64,000 nucleotides of DNA from an uncultured Ignavibacteriales bacterium (GTDB lineage Bacteria > Zixibacteria > MSB-5A5 > GN15 > FEB-12). The DNA lies in assembly GCA_964544635.1 (NCBI GenBank), contig CAZJCK010000001.1:31384-95383 (forward strand), read 5' to 3'. Shown here one piece after another: positions 29,001-36,897 of this stretch (position 1 is its first letter; each line of letters opens with the position of its first letter). Both the position numbers and the translations under genes were made by a program. The notes under the pieces were generated by a model. That model was not told the DNA's origin. It did no database searches and saw only the letters and a program-made list of their open reading frames with translations.

Positions 29001-29857
29001 GCAAAACTGCCGAGCCAGGCATAGCGGTCGAGCGCTTCAGCATAGAAGATAATCGCATCGTTGGCATTGAACTGGTTGTCCCCGCCATCCTCTATGATGA
29101 TGGCCACCTCGCGCATATCCGGCAGCTCCGGCTGGTTGTCGATCGGCAGTTGACGTCCGCCGCCATTGAACATCCGGATGTCGCTGCTGTTCAGACCGAC
29201 CAGCGACAGACCGGCCGCCTCCAACTGCGATCCCGTCACACGACAGAGGCCGGAACGGTCGGTCCGCAGTACCAGCCAGTCGGAACCGTTCTCCAGTTCC
29301 GATTGCACGGCCGACGTCGACGACGCGAACGGTTTCATGCCGCCCCACAGCCGCGCTGCATCCCAGTTGGCTGCTGAAGCCGAGAGAATGCGATCGAAAT
29401 GGGGATCATTGACCGGCCGCCCGATTGAACGAGCCGCCCCGATAAACCGTACTGTGAAGTCGACTGTCGGAAATACCCGATCCCCGGCCACCGGGCTGAT
29501 GCGCACCGTTACCATGCGCCGGCCGCGTGTTGCAACCATGCTACCAATTGTCGCCAGTGGGACGGCGGCCGTAGCCTCGGTGGCACGGTAATCCCGTCGC
29601 AGCGACGGCAGGTCACTGCCGGCAGCCGAAACCAGCTCGGGCGTCGCACCGGGTGGCACAATGAGCGTAATGTCGCGATAGTACCAGATCGATGAATCGG
29701 CCGTCTTCACCGTGCTGAGATTGGACAGATCCGTCGCAACCGTCAACCGCCCGGCGAACGATTCATTTGATGACTGGATAATCTCAAGATCTGCGGCCGC
29801 CACGGAGGCGCCGAGACAGAAAACGAGGCATACTATTCGATACAAGAAGTTTTCCAT
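26009..29857 (-). CDS. PorU-like peptidase C25 (gingipain-fold) protein with T9SS-type C-terminal domain
   Basis: C25 hallmarks LIIVTDERFTDALDEYTSWRQSEGYSITVV, AVLLVGDGSYDY, catalytic-type His in NYVGHGNPEQW and Cys in LFFAASCAIGFFD. CTD LLNYPNPMADSTRFSFEL...VATGVYIYKASA. 1282 aa, signal peptide, adjacent to the PorV-like gene. Confidence 0.75.
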   Translation of the reverse strand: MENFLYRIVCLVFCLGASVAAADLEIIQSSNESFAGRLTVATDLSNLSTVKTADSSIWYYRDITLIVPPGATPELVSAAGSDLPSLRRDYRATEATAAVPLATIGSMVATRGRRMVTVRISPVAGDRVFPTVDFTVRFIGAARSIGRPVNDPHFDRILSASAANWDAARLWGGMKPFASSTSAVQSELENGSDWLVLRTDRSGLCRVTGSQLEAAGLSLVGLNSSDIRMFNGGGRQLPIDNQPELPDMREVAIIIEDGGDNQFNANDAIIFYAEALDRYAWLGSFALSYVNNPYESLNAYWLTTSYTGTTPPVRMPSINGAPSGSATLNITNFERIVRLEQENLLKRETDGHIDNYLDWHWTSDSLVTLSTATPGIMLGESATVFVNAATYSPYVTLNVNGISADKGTCNRLNCKFTTASLTDGLNVLDIKVHPSNSGNLPFLNFVEIAYPSELLPVNNVLDLYVPQQDGLANIDVVDNFSSNPLVLDISDPMRPMRISNATRSAGLLRFSSQIEPDTSNQFYIAPVSTAFGPVSIEQPQLAGLRTGLPQSDLIIVTDERFTDALDEYTSWRQSEGYSITVVTVADIMTEFGFGLYDPTAIRDFLRFAWENLPEPSPYAVLLVGDGSYDYLDYLGTGTRNYVPPFILNRGAVVPVADDNFVYFGDYGILDSDTSLVNGDGGLDMMIARWPVRSSAEVATIVARAKAYASPATFGTWRTDITLVADDEFARRNGTVVNYETFHVIETQRLDSNYIPSLLTREKIYLWDYPNVNEKKPAVNDAIVRALNDGTLLINYVGHGNPEQWAHEAVFLRSSDLPRLTNNSKLPLFFAASCAIGFFDDPEREGMGEDLMILPNGGAIGVLSASRLVYAQENADFNKAVFDVLLYNDSLSMCEAIYAAKVARQYNGTNTPRPEANDQQYHFFGDPLLRLGLPEHVVEFTTFPDSLRALEPTTVAGRVLNTDSTTLVQDGTLSIVVYDTDRQMTHRPANATNPTRDIKYQMTGAQIFRGTATISNGEFSFDFIPPLDLGYGGEGARVVVYGNLGSVDAAGSVDSLAVSDSVVVPTDSAGPSIAYNFAGNPTFEPGGRISSGDMLEIELTDQSGINLAGGLGQGITLEIDGDVEAVQNLTSLFEYDPNTYTVGRLHYALAELAPGEHTFKIKAWDNANNASIATFTADVGPTGPAAIVNLLNYPNPMADSTRFSFELTDNVSHLSLDIFTVAGRKIQSFSRSGLQPQYYDDIVWYGQDYSGRRVATGVYIYKASARTSDGKAIESFGKVVVVN

Positions 29858-30280
29858 TTTACCGGGTCAACTGTCACCCGGCCCTGGAACCGATTCACAC
29901 TATAGCTACGGTTATAGGGCCAGCATGTCCACATTGAAGTGTCCTGCTGCTGTCGTTCAATTCTTCAATCGATAACCGTCAGACTATACGCGATCCTCCT
30001 ACTCCTTGTATTTCAAGAGGATAATACAGATTCAGGGACCAATTTGTCAAGTGTTCGAAGGGTCCCGAAAGCCTCTACCTGCAAAATACCGGCCAAACCG
30101 ACAGCGCCGGGCCGATAACCCGGCAACAACCGTCTCTCTACCCTCTTGACGGATACAAGCAGCGGCCCGTTCAGTTCCCGCCCTCACCTATTTATAACCA
30201 GGCTTGCCCCACCCTGTGCAACCCGGTGCATAAAATGGACAACTTGCATCATCAATCTACCATGTCGGTCCGCAAAGCAG

Positions 30281-30865
30281 CTACCGATACCGTTCCAAAT
30301 CCCGGTGGACCTCTTCGCTCAGTTCGTATAGCACAGTCCGCTCCCGAATCAAGGCATCGTTGTAGTCATCAACTGTCCCGTTCGGGAAGAACACCGCACT
30401 GTAAATGGCGTCGTATTGACGCACCATATCGCGCAGCTTGTCGAGAATTGGACGGTCGAAGTAGCTGGTCGCCTCAACCTCCCGCATCCCCTGGTTGATG
30501 TTGTCCTCATGGGCGTCGATGATTGGTCGCTGGGTCCCGATCCAGGCATCGACCACCTCGCGCATTTCGGAGGCCGGAACCTCGACACCCCGCCCCCGAT
30601 TGGCCTTCAGCCACTCGTCGATAACCTGCTGACCGAAGCCCAAAAACAGCGCCGCCGTGGAGTCGATCCGCGTGGCTACCATGTTCGCTTTCATCAACGG
30701 CGAGGCGGTGGCCAACTGCGATGCCCACTCCCGGCGCATGATATCAGCCCGGCGGTCTGAACTTTCGACGGCCTCGTCCGGTGTCTGGCCGGTCTGTACC
30801 TTGACACCGCAACCGCCCGCGACCAGCATCGCGATGAGTGAGAAACCAGTTACAAATGTGCGCAT
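30281..30865 (-). CDS. Lipoprotein of unknown function
   Basis: The track ORF starts at 30991, inside the upstream lyase gene. ATG at 30865, 7 nt after the lyase stop, gives MRTFVTGFSLIAMLVAGGCG (lipobox). Confidence 0.5.
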   Translation of the reverse strand: MRTFVTGFSLIAMLVAGGCGVKVQTGQTPDEAVESSDRRADIMRREWASQLATASPLMKANMVATRIDSTAALFLGFGQQVIDEWLKANRGRGVEVPASEMREVVDAWIGTQRPIIDAHEDNINQGMREVEATSYFDRPILDKLRDMVRQYDAIYSAVFFPNGTVDDYNDALIRERTVLYELSEEVHRDLERYR

Positions 30866-30872
30866 GACCCTT

Positions 30873-32279
30873 TTACGACTGACCGACCAGTTTGGACGAT
30901 CCCAGCGGCGCCAGATCACACGTAAAGTGCCGCAAAATCGGCGACTCCCGCGTGATGCTGTAACCGTGCAACGTTTCCTTTCGATCGACAATCTTCTGCC
31001 CTACCTCTATGATATAGTCCAACTGTGAATTCGTGTAGACCCGTCGTGGAATCGCCATCCGCACCAGCTCGCGGGGCGCTGTCAATTCTTCGCCGGTATT
31101 CGGATCGGTCCCGCCGAACATAAGCGAGCCGATCTCAACAGTCCGTATCCCTCCCTCGGCATAAAAAGCGCAGGCCAAGGACTGGGCCGGAAACTCGGTA
31201 GCGGGAATATGCGTCAACAATTGTCCGGCGTCAATAAAGACGGCATGCCCGCCGATCGGCTGTACGATCGGCATCCCGATATCCTTGAGCGCATTACCAA
31301 GATAGGCCACCTGCTCGACGCGGAAATCGAGGTAATCGAAATCCATCACCTCTTTTAACCCGACCGCCAGCACCTCGAGATCACGCCCCGCCAGCCCGCC
31401 ATACGTCGGATACCCCTCAACAATGATCATCAGTTCGGTCAGGCGACGGTACAGCTCTTCATCGTTAAGTGCGATAAACCCGCCGATATTGGCCAGGCCA
31501 TCCTTCTTGGCCGACATCATCGCACCGTCGACATACGAGAACATCTCGTTGACGATCTCTTCAATCGGACGGTTGTGAAAGCCCGGCTCGTCGCGCTTGA
31601 TAAAGTAGGCGTTCTCGGCGAAACGGGCGCAGTCGAAGAACAACGGTAAGCCATGCGCCCGGCACAACTCCGACACCTCACGGATGTTCTTCATCGACAC
31701 CGGCTGCCCGCCAACCGAATTGTTGGTGATCGTCAGGATCACCATGCAGATCTTGTCGGTCCCTTTCTCGTGAATAAACTCATCGAGTTTGGCGACATCC
31801 ATATTCCCCTTGAAGGGCGCCAGCTCGTCGCTGGTCGATTCGGCACACGGCAGATCGACCGGGATCCCCTTTTTGTGCTGTGTATTACCGCGCGTGGTGT
31901 CAAAGTGCGTGTTGTTCACCACGTACTGCCCCGGCTGAAGAACCGTGGAAAACATCAAGTTTTCCGCCGAGCGGCCCTGGTGACACGGTATCACGAACTC
32001 CTTGCCGGTAATCTCGCGCACTGTCCGCTCAAAGTTGCGAAACGACGTTGCCCCGGCATATGTCTCATCCCCGAGCATCAACGCCGCCCACTGGCGCGTC
32101 GACATGGCGCTGGTCCCCGAATCGGTCAGTAAATCGATGTATATATCCGGTGCATCCAATCGGAACAGATTGTACCTGGTGCGCTCCAGGCGCTTCAGGC
32201 GTTCGGCATGGTTCAGCAGCGCGATCGGTTCAACGGATTTGATTCGATATGGTTCGGCAGGTTGACGGCGACGTTTCAC
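30873..32279 (-). CDS. Beta-eliminating lyase: tryptophanase / tyrosine phenol-lyase family (PLP-dependent)
   Basis: EPYRIKSVEPI...YNLFRLDAPDIYIDLLTDSGTSAMS...CHQGRSAENLMF, and PLP-lysine context SAKKDGLANIGGF. 468 aa. GTG start preceded by AAGGAGG. Cannot separate TnaA from Tpl by eye. Confidence 0.85.
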   Translation of the reverse strand: MKRRRQPAEPYRIKSVEPIALLNHAERLKRLERTRYNLFRLDAPDIYIDLLTDSGTSAMSTRQWAALMLGDETYAGATSFRNFERTVREITGKEFVIPCHQGRSAENLMFSTVLQPGQYVVNNTHFDTTRGNTQHKKGIPVDLPCAESTSDELAPFKGNMDVAKLDEFIHEKGTDKICMVILTITNNSVGGQPVSMKNIREVSELCRAHGLPLFFDCARFAENAYFIKRDEPGFHNRPIEEIVNEMFSYVDGAMMSAKKDGLANIGGFIALNDEELYRRLTELMIIVEGYPTYGGLAGRDLEVLAVGLKEVMDFDYLDFRVEQVAYLGNALKDIGMPIVQPIGGHAVFIDAGQLLTHIPATEFPAQSLACAFYAEGGIRTVEIGSLMFGGTDPNTGEELTAPRELVRMAIPRRVYTNSQLDYIIEVGQKIVDRKETLHGYSITRESPILRHFTCDLAPLGSSKLVGQS

Positions 32280-32344
32280 GGCCGACCTCCTTTCTCACTA
32301 CCTTCGTTATACGATTGCGTTAACAGACGGTATGAATGGAGGGT

Positions 32345-32422
32345 TTACGGCACTTGCTTGACCCGGCGACGGCGGTACTCCAGACCCAAATGCTCAATTG
32401 CTCTGTACCATTTGCCGGTCAT
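32345..32422 (-). CDS. Candidate 25-codon leader/mini-ORF between the asparaginase and the lyase genes (speculative)
   Basis: Hand translation: ATG ACC GGC AAA TGG TAC ... GTG CCG TAA = MTGKWYRAIEHLGLEYRRRRVKQVP*. Its ATG overlaps the asparaginase stop as ATGA. It ends 65 nt before the lyase GTG. Confidence 0.2.
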   Translation of the reverse strand: MTGKWYRAIEHLGLEYRRRRVKQVP

Positions 32423-33435
32423 GACGTTACCTTCTCAAGTTCGAAATCACTCACGATTGTTCCGGTCTCGATATTGCGAGCATTCCGGACGATCGGTTGT
32501 CTGTGTGCTGCAAGATGCGGGAAGTTCTCGATATTGTCAATGACCCCCAGCAACTCCAGTATCCGTACGCAGATCGGGCCGAGCGGCCGAAAGGAACCGT
32601 CGTGCACCTTCACGCCGATGCCGATCGGCGGGTCGGTCAAGCCGATCACCTCGGTCCCCTCAGCACCAACCTTGCAGATCAGGCGACCGGGGAACGACCT
32701 CGCCAGGTCGTAATCGAGCCGCCCCTCCCCCGACACCATCACCGGGTGCGCCATCATGGCGTCACGGATACGCTTCACCGACTCGGCCCGGACCGATTTC
32801 GACGGTACCCCCGACACCAGCTTCTGGTAGCCACGCGCCAGGTTTGCAAGCGGCATCGAGACATTCGGCGCCGAGCAGCCGTCAATGCCAACAGTCATTT
32901 GTTCCTCCGGATACTCGCAGTACTCGGCTACGATTTGCCTGACCATTGCCTGCGCCCGCGACCCTGGATTTAGGTACTCGTGCGGTGGATCGTTGAGCTG
33001 CTTGGCCAGCGCCAGGAAACCGGAATGCTTCCCCGAGCAGTTGTGCCGCAACTGATCAAGCTCCTCGCCATGAGATGGAAACTCGCCGCGCCCTTCCATG
33101 AACATCGGCCGATGACTGCCGCACTGCAAGTGTTCCGGGGTATGGCCACTGGCACGCAGGTTGTGCTCGACTACCTCGCGGTGCGCCGAGGTGCCGTTGT
33201 GCGAACCACACATGATCGCCAGTTGTTTCGGGCTGAACTGAAACCGATCCACGCCCCCGGTTACAAATAACGGCATGAGCTGAAACGGTTTGATCGACGA
33301 CCGTGTCATTATGATCAGGTCGGGATTCCCCAGGCGATATGTAAGTGCCCCTGTCTCGTCGATCACGACAATTGTAGCGTAATGTACCGCCTCAACGGTC
33401 TTCCCTCGATATACGCGCGCTGCGATTTCAGCCAT
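32419..33435 (-). CDS. Asparaginase-II family protein (Rhizobium-type L-asparaginase, PF06089-like)
   Basis: MTRSSIKPFQLMP, MCGSHNGTSAHREVV, LQCGSHRP, HNCSGKHSGFLALAK, ICKVGAEG. 338 aa. Confidence 0.8.
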   Translation of the reverse strand: MAEIAARVYRGKTVEAVHYATIVVIDETGALTYRLGNPDLIIMTRSSIKPFQLMPLFVTGGVDRFQFSPKQLAIMCGSHNGTSAHREVVEHNLRASGHTPEHLQCGSHRPMFMEGRGEFPSHGEELDQLRHNCSGKHSGFLALAKQLNDPPHEYLNPGSRAQAMVRQIVAEYCEYPEEQMTVGIDGCSAPNVSMPLANLARGYQKLVSGVPSKSVRAESVKRIRDAMMAHPVMVSGEGRLDYDLARSFPGRLICKVGAEGTEVIGLTDPPIGIGVKVHDGSFRPLGPICVRILELLGVIDNIENFPHLAAHRQPIVRNARNIETGTIVSDFELEKVTS

Positions 33436-33440
33436 ATTCG

Positions 33441-34043
33441 TTAGTTATCGCGCTCCGACGGAATCCGCCGTGGCGCCAGATCGACAATGTTCGACGGTTG
33501 GTACGATACCACCACTGTGGTCGGCTTGTCATCTCCCAGCAGACGGTACTGAACGGCGATCGCTTTCAACTGCGACCGCCGGTGCTCCCCGCGCTCCACC
33601 GCACCCCAGAATTTGATGTCCACTTCCTCTTTCGGCTGCAACTTGAGCGCCGGGAAAACCTGCGATTTGTCGTGATAGCCGCCCGGGCCGGAATAGTGAA
33701 TGGGGTACCAGCGCCCTTCGTCGTCGACGATCGCCACTTCGTACGTCCCGATTACCAGTTCCTGATAACCGTCATTGTACACCTGGAAATATTCGGTGAA
33801 CTGCGGATAGCCCGCCCCAACCTCTAGCTCCAGCGGCATCTTGAAGACCAACTGGCTGTCGGGTGACTGGCATAAATGGTCGGCAATGACGTTGCAGTAC
33901 TTGAATCGGCTCTCTGTCGCCTGGCGCACCGTCGCTTCTTCATCTACGACATAGGTTCCGTTGGACGGTGGCACCGTGCCGGCACATCCGAAGAGCACCG
34001 GCAAGGCCGCGAAGCCGGCGATATGTAGAAAGAGTCGTTTCAG
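33441..34043 (-). CDS. Lipoprotein of unknown function, probable non-canonical (CTG or ATT) start
   Basis: The track ORF begins at TTG 34004 (MPVLFGCAGT), which cuts off a signal peptide. The frame is open upstream to a TAA and reads ...IQLKRLFLHIAGFAALPVLFGC. GGAG lies 10 nt before CTG at 34043. There is no ATG/GTG/TTG in that stretch. Confidence 0.5.
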   Translation of the reverse strand: MKRLFLHIAGFAALPVLFGCAGTVPPSNGTYVVDEEATVRQATESRFKYCNVIADHLCQSPDSQLVFKMPLELEVGAGYPQFTEYFQVYNDGYQELVIGTYEVAIVDDEGRWYPIHYSGPGGYHDKSQVFPALKLQPKEEVDIKFWGAVERGEHRRSQLKAIAVQYRLLGDDKPTTVVVSYQPSNIVDLAPRRIPSERDN

Positions 34044-34064
34044 TTGAATCGGTCTCCGGTTTTA

Positions 34065-34658
34065 TCAGCCGCGCTGTTGCAGCAACGAACGCAGCGCCAA
34101 ATCGATGATACCGCGCAACTGTGTCGGCATCTCCATCTTCCAGCCGGTCGGCGTCTCGACCATCGACACCACGTTCATCTCGGTGAACGGCTGGCCCTGC
34201 GATGTCATCGATGTCCGCGACACCAAAAAGGCAGTATCGGCCTGCAACACGCCGCCGACAAATTCGTTTTCTATCGACGCAAACGTCGTCTGTATTTCCG
34301 GGGCGACCTCGAAAATCGACGACAGCACTTGTACAAAGATAGACTCCGGCGGCTGCTGCATGAACGCTTCACTGTTGCGCCAGGTGCCGAAAATGTTCAT
34401 CGAATCGACCGGGTTGCCCAGCGAATCGGTCGGCGCCATGGCATTGAGCACCGGCTGTACCCGTTGCTCGAAATCGGACACCGACGACGCGTGGAGGTAA
34501 CCGACGAAGGCATCGAAATTGCCGGCCGTCAGCGAGCCATACGCATCATTGGCCGCCTGGATCGGGACCGACATATCGGCGCCACCGCCGCCACAACCGG
34601 CGACCGCCAGTCCCACGACTGCCACGACTATGATTGTCATTGCAATGCGATTCCGCAT
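34065..34658 (-). CDS. Lipoprotein of unknown function (197 aa), paralogue-like to 36105..36698
   Basis: MRNRIAMTIIVVAVVGLAVAGCGG lipobox, AAGGAG Shine-Dalgarno upstream. Same length and similar segment order as 36105..36698. Confidence 0.5.
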   Translation of the reverse strand: MRNRIAMTIIVVAVVGLAVAGCGGGGADMSVPIQAANDAYGSLTAGNFDAFVGYLHASSVSDFEQRVQPVLNAMAPTDSLGNPVDSMNIFGTWRNSEAFMQQPPESIFVQVLSSIFEVAPEIQTTFASIENEFVGGVLQADTAFLVSRTSMTSQGQPFTEMNVVSMVETPTGWKMEMPTQLRGIIDLALRSLLQQRG

Positions 34659-34891
34659 GTGATTGCTAACTCCTTGTTTTTAGCGTTGATACGGCCCCAT
34701 CCTATAGCCCGGCCGGACATAAGTCCAGCAAAAAACCGATAGTCCGGCGAAACCGTCCTGCTGCCGTTCGCCCCAGTATACCGCCACTCACGGAATACCG
34801 TGAAACTCCACCAGTCCTATCTCGTACAAGTCCGGCATCGGACGGAAACAATCTCACTCTAACACGTTGGTGCCCGTAACATCGCGTGTGG

Positions 34892-34919
34892 GCCGGCGTC
34901 GTCTTCGGGCGGCGCCGGT
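34892..34919. terminator. GC-rich hairpin just downstream of the PNPOx-like gene stop; strand of action ambiguous
   Basis: GCCGGCGTCGTC-TTCG-GGCGGCGCCGGT gives a stem of about 12 bp including G-U pairs. On the plus strand it has a UUCG tetraloop and is followed by TTATTTGATT. On the minus strand it starts 8 nt after the stop at 34927 but lacks a U-tract. Confidence 0.35.
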
Positions 34920-34926
34920 TATTTGA

Positions 34927-35571
34927 TTACGGTTGGGGCTTCTTCTTGTCGTCGCCGATCGGCGGCTCTTCAAGTGTCAGCGCGATTTCATCCGCCGTCA
35001 TCAGGTCGAGCGGCATACCCCGCTCGCGCAGCTTCGCGATCAGGTCGCGACGTACCCGCGCCGGCTTGTTCTGCGCGAACTTCGACTTCGCCGTTACCCG
35101 CTCGGCATCGATCCGAAATACATGGGTCTCGCGCAGCGCCGCCTTGTACATCTTCAGGTCGGCGTCGATCGGCTTGTAGCCCCCCTCCGGCTGCATCTTC
35201 TCCATGAACAAGTTCAGCGCCGCCGCCTTTTCATGCGCATCCTCGAGTATCCGGATCGTCCCGTTGATCTGCACACTCTTGAAGAACGTCGTGGCCGGAC
35301 AGGCATAGTCGATCGCCAGCCAATACGACGGTATCAGCGCGTACGGCCGGTCGACCGTAAACGTCACTCTCGTCCTTGCAACCATCGCATCGTACTTCTC
35401 GCCGTCACCCGCACCATGAAAAAAGACGGTCGTACCAGCCGCCACGAAATTCACCGGTACCACGCGCGGATAACCGTCGGGCGTCAGGATACCCAGATAG
35501 CCGTACTTCTCGGTGCCGAGCAGATCCTCGACGATGCGCTCGGTATCGCCGGCATATTCGCTCCGCCTCAT
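34927..35571 (-). CDS. Pyridoxamine 5'-phosphate oxidase-like FMN-binding split-barrel protein
   Basis: YGYLGILTPDGYPRVVPVNFVAAGTTVFFHGAGDGEKYD...VTFTVD pattern typical of the PNPOx-like/general stress protein 26 fold. 214 aa. Abuts the def stop. Confidence 0.65.
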   Translation of the reverse strand: MRRSEYAGDTERIVEDLLGTEKYGYLGILTPDGYPRVVPVNFVAAGTTVFFHGAGDGEKYDAMVARTRVTFTVDRPYALIPSYWLAIDYACPATTFFKSVQINGTIRILEDAHEKAAALNLFMEKMQPEGGYKPIDADLKMYKAALRETHVFRIDAERVTAKSKFAQNKPARVRRDLIAKLRERGMPLDLMTADEIALTLEEPPIGDDKKKPQP

Positions 35572-36096
35572 TCAATCCTGCTTCTTTGAGAAGCGACGTT
35601 CCCATTCGGCACGAGTGCACCATGATGTCGTCGAAATCGCCCGCTGCGTGGCAAGGATGCCGTCGAGATGGTCAATCTCGTGCTGCAGCAATTCCGATAA
35701 ATCGCCGCTCGCTTCCATAATCTGTGTTACGCCCGACTGATCCTCATACGCTACCGTGACCTCTTTGGACCGCTCCACCTTGACCACCAGGTTGGGAAAA
35801 CTGAGACAGTCATCCCATAGCTCAAACGTCTCCTCGCTGCGCTCGGTGATGCGCGGGTTGATCATCGGACCGTCGAACGAACCATCCGGCATGCGAATGT
35901 AAATAATGCGCTGCATTCGGTCGATCTGCGGCGCCGCGATCCCCCGCCCGAAACCGTTGCGGTCGCGCACGTCGATCAGGGTATCGCGCAGGTCGGTGAT
36001 GGTGCCTTCCACCTCCGGGCTGTCGAGGTCGCGCACCACCTCCGCCGTCTCCCACAGTGTCGGGTGCCCCATCTGCAGTATGTCACGAACCGGCAT
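35572..36096 (-). CDS. def: Peptide deformylase (variant motif 2)
   Basis: Motif 1 GRGIAAPQI, motif 2 DDCLSFP (canonical EGCLS), motif 3 QHEIDHLDG. ATG at 36096 is preceded by GGAG, and the track start 36195 overlaps the upstream gene. Confidence 0.85.
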   Translation of the reverse strand: MPVRDILQMGHPTLWETAEVVRDLDSPEVEGTITDLRDTLIDVRDRNGFGRGIAAPQIDRMQRIIYIRMPDGSFDGPMINPRITERSEETFELWDDCLSFPNLVVKVERSKEVTVAYEDQSGVTQIMEASGDLSELLQHEIDHLDGILATQRAISTTSWCTRAEWERRFSKKQD

Positions 36097-36104
36097 GATG
36101 GCTC

Positions 36105-36698
36105 CTACATCCCCATCCCCTGCTTCAAACCCTCCGCCAGCCCCTTGAATTCCGCGGACAAGAGAATTTTGTAGCCGCCATCGTACACTTTGCACGTAAT
36201 CACGTCCATCTGATCCTCGATCGTCATCGGCCCGGCCTGCAACTTCGAGCGCGTGACGACATGCACCAGGCTGTCATTCTCCGGCAAACCACCGATGACA
36301 TCGGAGTCGAGCGAGGCAAACATCTCCTCCGACCCCGGCACCAGCGAGAAGATCAGGTTCATACTGGCGCCAAAAAACTGATCCGGAGGCGCCCCCTGCG
36401 CCCGCTTGAGCAGGTCGTCGATCCCCGGATACATCGCCTGCAGCGACGCCAGCTCGGTGGTATCCGCCTCGAGCAATCCGACCATGGCATCGACCACCGG
36501 CGCCATCGACTCACGGAATTCAATAAGCGCGTCGGGATGGACATACGTCGCATATGTCTCCCAGTCCATCGCCTGCGTTATCGCTTCGAGTTCCTCGACC
36601 AGCGCCACCGCCGCCTCGACGTCGGCCGCGACTGATGCCGGAGCGACAAACAGCACCGCCATCAGTAGGGCAACAACCAACAGAATCACATTTCGCAT
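36105..36698 (-). CDS. Secreted protein of unknown function (197 aa), paralogue-like to 34065..34658
   Basis: Signal peptide MRNVILLVVALLMAVLFVAPASVAA. Shared pattern with 34065..34658: Y(V/L)H(P/A)...(E/D)F(R/E)...PV(V/L)(D/N)AM ... V(I/V)GG(L/V). Confidence 0.5.
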   Translation of the reverse strand: MRNVILLVVALLMAVLFVAPASVAADVEAAVALVEELEAITQAMDWETYATYVHPDALIEFRESMAPVVDAMVGLLEADTTELASLQAMYPGIDDLLKRAQGAPPDQFFGASMNLIFSLVPGSEEMFASLDSDVIGGLPENDSLVHVVTRSKLQAGPMTIEDQMDVITCKVYDGGYKILLSAEFKGLAEGLKQGMGM

Positions 36699-36897
36699 TC
36701 ATATCTCCATGAAGTACAGATTGGATCTCAGAACCTCCGCAACATACACCACGACCGGGTTGGTGTCACCCCGAAAATGACTCGGTGTTCATCAGTCGGT
36801 CCGCTCCGGAGTCCGGCACCGCCGGACGGAACAACCCGGCATCTGCTCCGCAGACGGCAGATCATATTGTCCGCCCCGCCTCTCACCCCTGGCTATG

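Noticed and set aside
29905-29935. Imperfect inverted repeat CTATAGCTACGGTTATAG upstream of the PorU-like gene, as a possible operator
   Set aside because: Only the outer 5 bp pair cleanly, and such short imperfect repeats are expected by chance. I also found no clear sigma70 or Bacteroidetes-type (TAnnTTTG) promoter in the 423-nt upstream region.
34659-34926. Possible plus-strand small RNA ending at the UUCG-loop hairpin plus T-tract (34892-34929)
   Set aside because: I found no convincing plus-strand promoter or conserved-looking structure upstream. The hairpin sits 8 nt after the stop of the minus-strand PNPOx-like gene, so a factor-assisted or U-less terminator for that gene is the simpler reading.
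36780-36897. Several short GC hairpins (e.g. GTCCGG-caccg-CCGGAC, ATCTGC...GCAGAT) after the glycine-rich membrane protein gene, as terminators
   Set aside because: Stems are only 5-6 bp with no U-tract, and several competing pairings exist. Not distinguishable from background in GC-rich DNA.
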